Source: an uncultured Gammaproteobacteria bacterium
GTDB taxonomy: Bacteria > Patescibacteriota > Microgenomatia > Levybacterales > UBA12049
DNA: 64,000 nucleotides
Direction: 5' to 3'
Assembly: GCA_964553245.1 (NCBI GenBank)
Contig: CAZKJM010000001.1
Coordinates: forward strand, 362,667 to 426,666
The notes beneath the pieces are model-generated. The model made no database searches, was not told the origin of the DNA, and was given only the letters and a program-made list of their open reading frames with translations. Shown here one piece after another: positions 10,948 to 20,475 of the stretch. Position 1 is the first letter of the stretch; every line of letters starts with the position of its first letter. The translations under genes were made by a program, and so were the position numbers.

Positions 10948-11034
10948 ATGGCCAAGTCTAAAAGAAAAACAGTTGGAAAAGGTAATATTGCCAGAAGAAA
11001 AAGAGGCATCAGGCGAGGAACGCAACATAACTAA
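10948..11034 (+). CDS. Unannotated 28-aa highly basic peptide (MAKSKRKTVGKGNIARRKRGIRRGTQHN), possibly a small ribosomal-type protein
   Basis: Strong RBS AAGGAGG 7 nt upstream of ATG; composition resembles small basic ribosomal peptides; below the 60-aa cutoff of the ORF track. Confidence 0.3.
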   Translation: MAKSKRKTVGKGNIARRKRGIRRGTQHN

Positions 11035-11175
11035 CTATAAGTAAATATAATCATTTAGATTTAATCTGTTAGTACCTCAATAATAAAATTTGCATACTAT
11101 GCATAAGGTAAAAATATAATGCGTATAATGATTGACTGATTTGCATTTATCTATAACAAACGTTAATATAACCGC

Positions 11176-11699
11176 ATGCAAAAAAAATCACTTATTATCG
11201 CCTTAATTTTTATTTTGTTGTTTATTTTTTTGTTCTCTTACACACTGTCTTCTAAAGCAGCAAAGTTATCTAATAAGATTAAAAAAAAGAGCCTCTAGTA
11301 AAAATCTCTACTATTACTTTAACTCCAACTGCAACTCCTTCGCCAACACTAACCCCAATACCGACAATCACATTAACTCCAAGTCCTAGCCCAATTCCAA
11401 TAATGATTGCCCCTAAACAGCTCGAGGATCTTTTTGCAAAATACAGTAATGATTACAATATAGACAAAGAACTTTTAAAGAGAATTGCCAATTGTGAATC
11501 AACTCTTAATATTAATGCCATTTCCAATAATTATGCAGGGCTTTTTCAATTCTCCGAACAAACATGGATCAATGCAAGAACAACTATGGGAAACGACACC
11601 AATGTAGAATTGCGTTTCAATGCTGAGGAATCAATTAAAACAGCTGCTTTTTTAATCTCCAGAGGAAGGCTTAATCTCTGGCCAAACTGCAATAATTAA
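11176..11699 (+). pseudogene. Secreted transglycosylase-domain protein (signal/TM + Thr/Pro linker + lytic transglycosylase-like domain) interrupted by a frameshift in an A8 run at 11281-11288
   Basis: ORF 11176-11298 encodes MQKKSLIIALIFILLFIFLF... and stops right after the A-run; frame 0 is open from 11283 encoding TPTATPSPTLTPIPT linker then ANCESTLNINAISNNYAGLFQFSEQTW transglycosylase motif (11403-11699 in track). One extra A would fuse the frames. Confidence 0.45.
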
Positions 11700-12111
11700 A
11701 AAAATTATTTATTAAGCCCATATCTCCAAAAACAGCTGTTATGTTTAATCCACCGCTTGTAAGATTAATAGCTTTCTTAAGTTCATATTGACTAATTGTT
11801 TTGTTAAGTGGTTCCCTTTCGGGAATATTTCCTGTATAAAAACTTTTTAAAACAGGCAAAGCACGACCATCACCAAGTTGACCAAGTGCCCAAATTGCTG
11901 AATTTCTTGATCTAAAATCTCTTTTTTCGTCTTTGAGAAGATTTATTAATGATTCAACGCAATCGCCTTTGTATTCTCTTTTTGCATTTAGACACTGGTC
12001 TTTAACATCATAACCAATCCATGAACAACCAATAAAAAAGAATAAAAGAAAAATGCTTACGCCAATCGCTAAAATATAAAATATACCATTTTTAATTTTT
12101 TTAGTTTTCAT
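11671..12111 (-). CDS. HEAT/PBS-lyase repeat lipoprotein-like protein
   Basis: N-terminal TM/lipobox-like (FFFIGCS), repeats RNSAIWALGQLGDGRALPVL typical HEAT_2/PBS lyase. Confidence 0.5.
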   Translation of the reverse strand: MKTKKIKNGIFYILAIGVSIFLLFFFIGCSWIGYDVKDQCLNAKREYKGDCVESLINLLKDEKRDFRSRNSAIWALGQLGDGRALPVLKSFYTGNIPEREPLNKTISQYELKKAINLTSGGLNITAVFGDMGLINNFFNYCSLARD

Positions 12112-12310
12112 ATACCTCTTCTTCGTAAATAAAAATATCTTCGATATTAATCTTAAAAAGACCTGCGATCTTAAAAGCCAATCCCAAAGACGGCGAATAT
12201 TTATTGCTTTCTATAGCAATTACCGTTTGCCTAGTTACCCCTATTTTATCCGCTAATTGCTCTTGTGTTAAATTATGCATAGCTCTGTAAACTTTTAATT
12301 TATTTTTCAT
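12101..12310 (-). CDS. XRE-family HTH transcriptional regulator
   Basis: LTQEQLADKIGVTRQTVIAIESNKYSPSLGLAFKIAGLF - canonical HTH_3. Confidence 0.65.
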   Translation of the reverse strand: MKNKLKVYRAMHNLTQEQLADKIGVTRQTVIAIESNKYSPSLGLAFKIAGLFKINIEDIFIYEEEVYEN

Positions 12311-12722
12311 TACCAGCGCCCCCGTATTTTCTATTTAAAAAAAAATAGGAAATGGCGTAAACTACAATTAAGAATAAAGTTAAATAAGCAAGTATCGTTC
12401 CTAAAGACTCTAGGTAAGTAAATTCTCCCTTGGCAAAAACCGGAGATAAGTCTTGATAAGGAATCAGTAATAAAAATGCACCAATACCTATAGTGGGAGC
12501 AAAAATTGCATAAGTAAGTTTTGCCGCTTTTTCTCTGATTAAAGTTTCTCGTTCATCTATTTTAATTTTAACTTTTGAACGAACCAAAATAAAAAATAAA
12601 ATTCCTGTAAGAATACTGACTAAAGTTAAAAAATAACTATTTAAATAAGTAGCAACAGTAATAATTGCGCCGATAAAAAGAATTATTGCTGATCTTAATT
12701 GCCTATACCTTTTAATGTCCAT
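12300..12722 (-). CDS. DUF2178-like membrane protein (partner of XRE regulator)
   Basis: 4-TM 140-aa protein immediately upstream of and overlapping XRE gene, arrangement typical for DUF2178/XRE pairs. Confidence 0.4.
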   Translation of the reverse strand: MDIKRYRQLRSAIILFIGAIITVATYLNSYFLTLVSILTGILFFILVRSKVKIKIDERETLIREKAAKLTYAIFAPTIGIGAFLLLIPYQDLSPVFAKGEFTYLESLGTILAYLTLFLIVVYAISYFFLNRKYGGAGNEK

Positions 12723-12914
12723 TTGTCTAAAGTAACATATACTTTACAAAATGTCAAGTAGATATTACATTAAATTTGCCTAAAATTAAACATAAAAAGC
12801 GATTTACTCTATAATCAAATTAATAAACTTTCAAAAAAAGTAAAAGCTCTCTATGGATTTCAAATAGAAGATCATAAAATTGAATTCTTCGGAAAATGCA
12901 AAAATTGCAAAAAA

Positions 12915-14045
12915 TTAAATTAAACCAGATACAATTATAACTCCCATCCCAAGCATAATAATCCCTGCAATTAAATGAAGTATTCTCAATTTGCTTTGCC
13001 TTATTTCTTCTGCTTTTTTCGGATCAAAACCTCTGTAAACAGCGTAGGAAATAAATACCATCGGGAAAATAAAGATTAAATTATATAAAACAAGATATGA
13101 AATTGCCTTAACTAACTCTGTTTTATTAGCCAACATTCCTAAAATAACTATATAAGGACCGCTTGTACACGGTAGAAGAAATAAACTAACTAAAAAACCA
13201 ATCATAAAAGCGCCTCTTGGGTTCGTAACAGAACTAATTATGCTTTTAAGTTTTGGCCTCCAAGATAAAGGAACTTCCATTAGAAACCCTTTACCGTACC
13301 ATAAATAGTCTTTAAGGTTAAGTATCCCTAAAATAATCGCAAGCCATCCTATAAATTTAAAAAACCAACCCGAAATCCCGCCAAAATCCAAGGCTTTATA
13401 GAAACCCAGTCCCATTAAAAAGTAAGAAATAAATATCGATAAAGAAAAAGCTAATCCTGCTTTAAGGGCATTTTTGGAATTTCCTGATGAAAGAATGGTG
13501 GTCATAAGTATTATTAAAACTGCAAATTCACAAGGGTTAATTGAGTCCACTAATGCTCCCAAAATAACTGCTAAAAACGTTAACCTATTACTATCTTTAG
13601 TGTCGGTATTTTGAACGGATAATTTAGTTGTGGTAGTCAAGGCTGGATTTCTTTCTAAGGTTGTTGTAGTTGTGTTAGATATTTTTTTATCTTCTAAAAA
13701 CTTATCCGCCTCTATAACAAAATTTTCAATTATAGGAGTATCGCCAATTAAAATTTTTTTACCAATAACAACTGCTGGAACTCCCCGATCATTTTGAGGA
13801 ATATTTAATTGATCCATAATCAAGTTAAATAAAATTGCATTTTCACGATTAAAATAAATCTCTTTTTTATCAACGTTATATTTTTCAATCAATTTGTTGG
13901 TTTCAAAAAAATTATCCACTTGAGCACAGTGTGGACAACCTGTTCCGTAAAAAAGATAAATTTTATCAGTGTCTTGAGCAAATATAGAGGATGTGGAAAT
14001 TAAAAATAAAAAAAGCGTAAAAAAAATAAATTTAACTATCTTCAT
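12915..14045 (-). CDS. Thioredoxin-like (CPHC) domain fused to DsbD/CcdA-type cytochrome c biogenesis transmembrane domain
   Basis: Signal peptide, YGTGCPHCAQV thioredoxin motif, C-terminal 6-8 TM with paired Cys (CEFAV, LLPCTSGP). Confidence 0.55.
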   Translation of the reverse strand: MKIVKFIFFTLFLFLISTSSIFAQDTDKIYLFYGTGCPHCAQVDNFFETNKLIEKYNVDKKEIYFNRENAILFNLIMDQLNIPQNDRGVPAVVIGKKILIGDTPIIENFVIEADKFLEDKKISNTTTTTLERNPALTTTTKLSVQNTDTKDSNRLTFLAVILGALVDSINPCEFAVLIILMTTILSSGNSKNALKAGLAFSLSIFISYFLMGLGFYKALDFGGISGWFFKFIGWLAIILGILNLKDYLWYGKGFLMEVPLSWRPKLKSIISSVTNPRGAFMIGFLVSLFLLPCTSGPYIVILGMLANKTELVKAISYLVLYNLIFIFPMVFISYAVYRGFDPKKAEEIRQSKLRILHLIAGIIMLGMGVIIVSGLI

Positions 14046-14048
14046 GTT

Positions 14049-15188
14049 TTATTTTGTCTTAAGCTTATTCCTAGAAATATCAAAAACAATAACAGCGATA
14101 AAAGTTGTAATCGGAACTGCAAGTATTAAACCGATGCTCCCTACTAAAGTTCTAACAATTTCATCAGCTATTATTTCATAATTTATAATTTCTGTAAATG
14201 GATGGGGATTATCAACAAAAATAATAAGTAAAGGCAACGCTGCTCCAGTATAAACAAGCACCAAAGTATTAACCATCGATGCAATATGATCTTTTCCAAC
14301 GGTCATTGCTTTTTTATAAAGTTCTATATCTTTAAGATTTGGGTTTGCTAATTTTAACTGTTGAACAATTGCAGATTGAGAAATAGTAATATCGTCTAGA
14401 ACCCCCAACACACCGATGATAATACCTGCTAGAATAAGGCCTTTGATATCAATTAATCCTGGTTTATATGTCTGTAAAAAGCCTGCTTCTTCCGAAGCAA
14501 AACCTGTCAGCCTTGTTGCGTTAACAAAAACACTAGCCAGAATACCTGTTATTACTAAAGCAATCAAAGTCCCTACAATAGCAATTAATGTTTTTTTATT
14601 TATACCATGTGACAAAAGAAAAGTTGCAGGAATAATAATTAGTGATCCTAAAATCGCCATCTCTACAGGATTTCCTCCTGATAATATTTTTGGAATAATA
14701 AACCAAAAAATTACCAAAAAAGATATTGCCATTCCAATTAAAGAAGTAAGTCCCCGCCAACGACCAATAGCAACAGCCATAACTACAAAAATTAAAAACA
14801 ACCACAATAAAGCATTATGCCTTACATAATCAGTAATATAAAAAACATCTTTTCCTTCAGAATTTTTAGTATAAGCAATAACAAACTTATCGCCGGTATA
14901 ATATTTCTGTAAATTACTTATTGGTAGATTACCACTTTCAATAATTACCTTTTTGTCTTTTAAAGATCCTTTTGTTATTAAAACCTCTAATTTTTGGTAG
15001 AGCTGGGATTTATTCGTGCCAATGGGTGTAATTTGTTTTTCTTCTAAGATTTTTATCGCTTTTCCTTCAAGGTTCTCTTCTTTAAAAACATTACCAGTTG
15101 TATTTGCTTGCGCAAAAATAGGTTCGCTTAAAACAAAAAATGCTGTTATTAAAAATAAAATAGCTATAATTAATTTTTTAATTATCAT
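14049..15188 (-). CDS. YibE/F-family membrane protein
   Basis: N-terminal exported domain followed by ~8 TM, GRWRGL segment typical of YibE/F. Confidence 0.45.
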   Translation of the reverse strand: MIIKKLIIAILFLITAFFVLSEPIFAQANTTGNVFKEENLEGKAIKILEEKQITPIGTNKSQLYQKLEVLITKGSLKDKKVIIESGNLPISNLQKYYTGDKFVIAYTKNSEGKDVFYITDYVRHNALLWLFLIFVVMAVAIGRWRGLTSLIGMAISFLVIFWFIIPKILSGGNPVEMAILGSLIIIPATFLLSHGINKKTLIAIVGTLIALVITGILASVFVNATRLTGFASEEAGFLQTYKPGLIDIKGLILAGIIIGVLGVLDDITISQSAIVQQLKLANPNLKDIELYKKAMTVGKDHIASMVNTLVLVYTGAALPLLIIFVDNPHPFTEIINYEIIADEIVRTLVGSIGLILAVPITTFIAVIVFDISRNKLKTK

Positions 15189-15463
15189 CTGGGTTCTATT
15201 TTTATTGCTTTGCCTTTAATAATTGCCTCTGCAATTTTTTTATTTGCACTATCCAATAACCTTGCAAAAGTAGGCTGTGATATTTTCATTTTTAATGCTG
15301 CCTTTGTCTGCTCTAAATCATCAACCTCATAAAGTTTTAATGCCTCCAGCTCATCAGGCAATAAAACAATTTCCTCAAGTTCCCGTAAAGGAATTCCTCT
15401 AGGTTTAAAATAAGTAACGTTTGGGGCAAAACACAAACATCTTGGTATTTTATTTCTTGGCAT
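15185..15463 (-). CDS. DUF134 (UPF0251) predicted DNA-binding protein
   Basis: MPRNKIPRCLCFAPNVTYFKPRGIPLRELEEIVLLPDELEALKL matches the DUF134 N-terminal signature. Confidence 0.6.
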   Translation of the reverse strand: MPRNKIPRCLCFAPNVTYFKPRGIPLRELEEIVLLPDELEALKLYEVDDLEQTKAALKMKISQPTFARLLDSANKKIAEAIIKGKAIKIEPR

Positions 15464-15486
15464 ATTTTTATTATAATCTATAAAAT

Positions 15487-15532
15487 CCCTATCTTATCAT
15501 TTAATTTTAAAACCCTAAAGATAAGATAGGGA
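15487..15532 (-). terminator. Intrinsic terminator/processing hairpin between DUF5320 and DUF134 genes
   Basis: Perfect 13-bp inverted repeat TCCCTATCTTATC ... GATAAGATAGGGA (15487-15499 / 15520-15532), followed on the minus strand by UUUUAUAG. Confidence 0.45.
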
Positions 15533-15537
15533 CTTTA

Positions 15538-15816
15538 TTATTCCTCTTTTTTTACTTCTGAGAGACTTTTATTAACGTCCTCCAACTCTTCTTCCAAGGC
15601 TTTTTTATATTCCTTAAGATCTTCTATCTCCTCATTTTTGTTTAAAGGAGCCCCCCAGCCGAAATACCTTCCCAAACCTCGTCCTCGTCCGCGGCCAAAT
15701 CTTGGACACATCCCAAAGCCTAATCCAAGACCTCTTCCGCAAGGGCCCATTCCTCTTCCTGTTCTTGGACCCATTCCTTGAGGTCCTGTTCCGTCAAATC
15801 TTGGCATTTTACTCAC
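15538..15816 (-). CDS. DUF5320-like Gly/Arg-rich protein
   Basis: MSKMPRFDGTGPQGMGPRTGRGMGPCGRGLGLGFG...RGRGRGLGRYF then coiled-coil tail; DUF5320 typically pairs with DUF134. Confidence 0.55.
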   Translation of the reverse strand: MSKMPRFDGTGPQGMGPRTGRGMGPCGRGLGLGFGMCPRFGRGRGRGLGRYFGWGAPLNKNEEIEDLKEYKKALEEELEDVNKSLSEVKKEE

Positions 15817-15993
15817 CTCCTTTATGTATTTATATTGAATACCTATTCATTATAGCAAACTGCTTTTTTTTGTCAAGATAAAAATTAACTAAATACATCT
15901 AATTATAATTAGAATTAAAAATGAGCAATTAAAATAGTTTAATTGAATAAATTTATATATAAAAACTATTTCTCTTGTAAGCTAATTAGGGTT

Positions 15994-16317
15994 TTATGAA
16001 GTTTTTTTAGGCCAAAGGCTACCTTTTTCTTTTTTTAATTTATCTCCTACTTTAATTTCATTAAAAAATTTTTGACTGGTAGCAATATTATGCTCTTCAC
16101 CATTTTCAATTCTTACCTTGAAGAAATAAAAATGTTCTATTTTATTCGATGAACTATCTCTTTTAGTATTATGACCCTTATCGATTACCTCTCCAACCCA
16201 GGAATCCGATTTTGCTTTAAAGATTAATTTTCCAACCAATATAAAAAATCCGATGACCAATAACGCAAAAATGGCAAAGAAAACAATTATTGGTCCAAAA
16301 ACTACATATTTTTCCAT
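15994..16317 (-). CDS. DUF3592-like membrane-anchored protein
   Basis: N-terminal TM then beta-rich domain; weak family recall. Confidence 0.3.
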   Translation of the reverse strand: MEKYVVFGPIIVFFAIFALLVIGFFILVGKLIFKAKSDSWVGEVIDKGHNTKRDSSSNKIEHFYFFKVRIENGEEHNIATSQKFFNEIKVGDKLKKEKGSLWPKKTS

Positions 16318-16585
16318 ATCTGTTATAAAACGATAATATTATACTCTGGTTTAAAAAGCAACTAATATTTATCTAGCCTTAACTAATTTTTTTACATTAT
16401 TTAGAATAATAAACACAGAATTTTAAATTTTCTAATCATTATTCAACAAAATTCCTTGCACAATCGAAGCTCTAATCATTACAAAAGTTAAAGCTAGCAC
16501 ATATTGCCAACGGTAATAAATAAATATTTATTACCTTATTGTATAAAAAAACGCAATTAAACCATTTCTTGTCAAAAAAGGTAAT

Positions 16586-17347
16586 TTAAATAAAAAGAAG
16601 ACTAAGTAAAACGATTGCCATACCGATAAACAACCCTAAAATAGCAAAATGTCCCTGGTTATCCCTAAAACTTGCAGGAAGCAATTCGTCAAAACTTATA
16701 TAAACCATTATGCCTGCAACGATAGAAAATATATACGCAAGTATATTTTGATTAAGAAAAGGTTTTAAAGCAAAATAAGCAATAATTGCACCCAATGGCT
16801 CTGCTATCCCTGAAATAAATGAGTATTTGATCGCTTTTACCTTATCGCCAGTAGCATGGTAAATAGGTGCCGAAACGGCAATTCCCTCCGGGATATTATG
16901 CACTGCAATCGCAAAAGCTAATAGAATACCTAACTTCAACTCGCTGAATGCGCTTAAAAAAACCGCTATTCCCTCTGGAAAATTGTGAATTATAAGTCCC
17001 AACGAAACCATTAATCCTGTTGAAAAAAGTTTAGGATCAAGAATGCGCTGTTGCTTACAAATTTTTTCTTCCAGATAATGATGTGGGAGAATAAAATCTA
17101 TAAGCCCTATTACAATAATACCTATGAAAAAAAATATGTTTGCATTAAGAAATCCTACTTCTTTTATCGCAACCGGTAAAAGCTCTATGAATGATAGGTA
17201 AATCATTACCCCTGCAGATAACCCGAGCATAAATCCAAGATATCTTCTTTTACAAAAATGCCGAAGATAAAGAATACTACCTAAAACTGTTGATAAACCT
17301 GCCAAAAAAGTCAGAAGAAAAGGAATAGCAATTTGATTAAGTTCCAT
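16586..17347 (-). CDS. zupT: ZIP family zinc transporter (ZupT-like)
   Basis: HNFPEGIAV and HNIPEGIAVSAP metal-binding motifs, 8 TM. Confidence 0.7.
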   Translation of the reverse strand: MELNQIAIPFLLTFLAGLSTVLGSILYLRHFCKRRYLGFMLGLSAGVMIYLSFIELLPVAIKEVGFLNANIFFFIGIIVIGLIDFILPHHYLEEKICKQQRILDPKLFSTGLMVSLGLIIHNFPEGIAVFLSAFSELKLGILLAFAIAVHNIPEGIAVSAPIYHATGDKVKAIKYSFISGIAEPLGAIIAYFALKPFLNQNILAYIFSIVAGIMVYISFDELLPASFRDNQGHFAILGLFIGMAIVLLSLLFI

Positions 17348-17514
17348 TTGCTTATTATAGCAAAGGAATTATTGCTAAAACTAAGTATTTTAAAAGTAAA
17401 TTTTATTATGTAATCTTAAAAATAAGGAATTTAGTAAACACTATTAAGCAAAATAGAAAAGTGAGATGTTAAAATATATTTACATTAATCTTAACTAATG
17501 CTAGTTTTAGTATT

Positions 17515-18966
17515 ATGTATAAAAATTGGGTATTAAATATTTCCCTAGTTTTTTTAGTTATTTTAATGGTTTTCGTTTTGTATGTTAAGCTGGTAGATCC
17601 TTACTCACCAATTACCATTATCAAATCTCCTTTTTCAACAATTTTAACCAATGAAGAAATAAAACTTACAAAAAATTACGATCCTGTTTTTGTTTATAAT
17701 CCTTTTTCAAAGCTCATTACCTATCTAATGATGGGGGTTAAAATTCCAAGTTTTGCTTTTTTTCCAGAAGAAAAATTATTGGGCAATAATCATCAAATAA
17801 TTGAACAGATTCATAAAGAAAGATTCGATCCATCAAGACCCTATATAATAACAGGAGGGCATTTTTCGGAATTATATATTAGAAACTTAGGTATTTTCTA
17901 TGCTTCGCTACTAAATTCATGTACTGCATTAAGCGTAAAAGACTGGGAAAATAGACAACGAATAGCACTACAAACAATAGCTCTCGATCTTGAGCATTTT
18001 AAAACTACAAAAGAAGAAAACACAACAATTATTCCGTTGGGAGGAAAATATTTTACTTCAATAAACATTAATATAAAACCATCCGACTCCTTACATGCTG
18101 TACTATTTACGCTAGATAAATTTATTAATCCCGTTGACGATTGTTATAAAGGTCAAGCAAAAAACGAAGCTATAAAACTATTAAATGAAAACAAAAAAGA
18201 TTTAAATAGACTAGTTATTAATTACAAAAATTCAATTATTGATAAAAAAACAGGCTTAATAAGAAAAGACATTTGTCTATCTAGTGCCAGAGACGGAGTA
18301 AAAAGAGAATCTTCTTTCTACGATAATGTTATCGCATGGAAAACTTTTTATCTTGCTAATAAATTAGGGATTGCTTCTTTTTCTAAAGAGTACCTAATCG
18401 AGTTTAAAAAAAGAATAATAGACAACTTTTGGTATGAAAAGGATGGTATATTCTTAAACGATTTATCAGACGAATCTAAAAGTGAAAAAACATTCGGAGG
18501 AGATTTTACAATTGCAGTTACATCTGACTTCTTAAATTTAGAAGATAAAAAAGATAGAGATAAAATTATAAAACAAGTTGCATATGTTGAAAAAAATAAA
18601 CTTTCCTCCCCCTTCCCTCTAAGGTATGCAAAAAAAGATGATCCTAAAAAAATGTATTTTTTTGTTGGTAAGTTTGTTACTTCTTATGGTGGAGAAAGCA
18701 TTTGGAGTCACATCGGTACTGATTATATTTTAATACTTAATAAATTGTCTAAATATAATTGTGAATATAAAATATTGGGAGAAAAATATCTAAAACTTTA
18801 TTCTGAAAATATTCAAAGCAATGGTGGTTATCCAGAGTTATATGATAAAAAAGGAAATTTTTTTACAACTTTCTTTTACCGCTCTGTTTTACATTCCGGA
18901 TGGGTAGTTGGATATGAAAAAGCTGTAAAAGATTTAGCTATAAATAACTACTGCGAAAAAAACTAA
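17515..18966 (+). CDS. Hypothetical protein with N-terminal TM anchor (possible glycoside-hydrolase-like fold)
   Basis: 483 aa, single N-terminal TM; no motif recognised. Confidence 0.35.
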   Translation: MYKNWVLNISLVFLVILMVFVLYVKLVDPYSPITIIKSPFSTILTNEEIKLTKNYDPVFVYNPFSKLITYLMMGVKIPSFAFFPEEKLLGNNHQIIEQIHKERFDPSRPYIITGGHFSELYIRNLGIFYASLLNSCTALSVKDWENRQRIALQTIALDLEHFKTTKEENTTIIPLGGKYFTSININIKPSDSLHAVLFTLDKFINPVDDCYKGQAKNEAIKLLNENKKDLNRLVINYKNSIIDKKTGLIRKDICLSSARDGVKRESSFYDNVIAWKTFYLANKLGIASFSKEYLIEFKKRIIDNFWYEKDGIFLNDLSDESKSEKTFGGDFTIAVTSDFLNLEDKKDRDKIIKQVAYVEKNKLSSPFPLRYAKKDDPKKMYFFVGKFVTSYGGESIWSHIGTDYILILNKLSKYNCEYKILGEKYLKLYSENIQSNGGYPELYDKKGNFFTTFFYRSVLHSGWVVGYEKAVKDLAINNYCEKN

Positions 18967-19234
18967 ATTTTTTTCGATGGGGTTAAAGTGGATTAATAAA
19001 CATAAAGAAAATTTTTACAATACAATTAATAGATTAACAACTTTATAAGCAACTTTTAAAGGAATTAAATTCCTTTAGTTAATTCATTCTAAATTATTAT
19101 GAATCTTGGTAGTGCTATAGTTTATTGTTTCCTCAGCAATATTTGCAATGTAACTCCTAATCCTTTCAAGACTATCTTGCAAAAATATATTAAAAGATGA
19201 TTTCTTTATTTGGATTTGTTTATAATTAATTTAC

Positions 19235-19570
19235 ATGACTGGAAAAATTCTTAAGAGAATTGGAATAGGATTACTCTTAATCCCTCTTGGTATTTTGCTT
19301 TTGTTTACATTCGGCGAGGTATTTTCAGGAGATATATCGGGGCTTTCCCATCTAATTCAAGCAGCACCATTATTATTATTACTTTTTCTTGCGTACAAAA
19401 AATCATTTATTGGCGGCTTGATTCTTTTACTCACCGGCATTACTTTGGGAATTTTGTATCCACTTAAAGCTCCTTTTGAACCACGAACTATTTTTTTTGT
19501 AGAAATAACTCTTTTTCTTCCGCCGGTTATTGCAGGACTTCTTTTGATTTTGTCTTCAAAAAAGAAATAG
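19235..19570 (+). CDS. Small membrane protein
   Basis: 111 aa, 3-4 hydrophobic helices. Confidence 0.35.
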   Translation: MTGKILKRIGIGLLLIPLGILLLFTFGEVFSGDISGLSHLIQAAPLLLLLFLAYKKSFIGGLILLLTGITLGILYPLKAPFEPRTIFFVEITLFLPPVIAGLLLILSSKKK

Positions 19571-19575
19571 GCTTT

Positions 19576-19598
19576 GGATAAAGGATGTTAGAACCTAT
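19576..19598 (-). repeat. Family-1 dispersed repeat copy A (partial, tail only)
   Basis: GGATAAAGGATGTTAGAACCTAT; core GGATGTTAGAACCTAT shared with 5 other copies; ends at stop codon of 19598-20290. Confidence 0.6.
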
Positions 19599-20290
19599 CA
19601 TGCTAGCTGCTTTTGAGCAGAACTATTAGATGCTTCCCATAATTTTTGAAACCATTTACTGTTTCTTTCTTTTCTTCTTGCTACTCTTCGGGAATTTTCA
19701 ATTTTCGCATGAATTGCATGCTCTCTTGGTAAAGATTTAAGCGCTTCTTCATTGATAAACATTAAGGGATTGCTCCTCCTAAGAGAAATATAATCACCAT
19801 CAGATTTTGAATACCAAACTTCTTCTTGATATTCAGGTGATTGAGGTGAATATTCTTTTAAAGAAGGCGTATAATATGTCATAAATTTAAGATCAATCTC
19901 TGTTATTTTATAACCTAAGTTTTTAAATTCATAAAGATTTCTTCTAAAAGCTAAGTATCCATTTTCCGATTCGTCAGAACCCGTATACACTGTAAGTTTT
20001 TCATACGGTTTGTTTGCTAAAAATCTCGCTGTTGCCTCTCTGGTTTCTTCGTGATTTTCTAGGCTCGATGTTCTATCTAGCTCTACTACTTTAATCGCAA
20101 ACTTCTTTTCATCACCAGGTAAATATATCCCCATCATCGCTTCCATAGGAATTGATCCTTCTCCTCCTGAGAATACTATTGTTGCATTAGTGGGATTTCC
20201 TGGAACAGTTTCCAATAAATTCCATAGAATTTGCTGATCTGGTTTTTCGATTTTGTCTTTGGGGGGGAATGTTAAACGCTCTGCGCTCAT
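19598..20290 (-). CDS. Hypothetical protein (less AT-rich gene carrying family-1 repeat at 3' end)
   Basis: 230-aa ORF; composition differs from neighbours; repeat core GGATGTTAGAACCTAT abuts stop. Confidence 0.4.
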   Translation of the reverse strand: MSAERLTFPPKDKIEKPDQQILWNLLETVPGNPTNATIVFSGGEGSIPMEAMMGIYLPGDEKKFAIKVVELDRTSSLENHEETREATARFLANKPYEKLTVYTGSDESENGYLAFRRNLYEFKNLGYKITEIDLKFMTYYTPSLKEYSPQSPEYQEEVWYSKSDGDYISLRRSNPLMFINEEALKSLPREHAIHAKIENSRRVARRKERNSKWFQKLWEASNSSAQKQLA

Positions 20291-20475
20291 TAAAAATTAA
20301 AATAACATTATAATTTAGCTATGTCAATAATGGAAATTATTGATAAAAATATTTTCCTAATGGCATCTACTCCAACAAAAAATTCCTGCTCACTAATTGA
20401 CTCCGGAAAATGTCGAGTGATGGTGAGATTCTGGAAAAAATCGAAGAGGAGAAAATTAAAAATTATTTATCCCAA

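Noticed and set aside
19059-19077. AAAGGAATT-A-AATTCCTTT palindrome downstream of 17515-18966
   Set aside because: Probably just a small bidirectional terminator-like hairpin in an AT-rich spacer; nothing distinctive.
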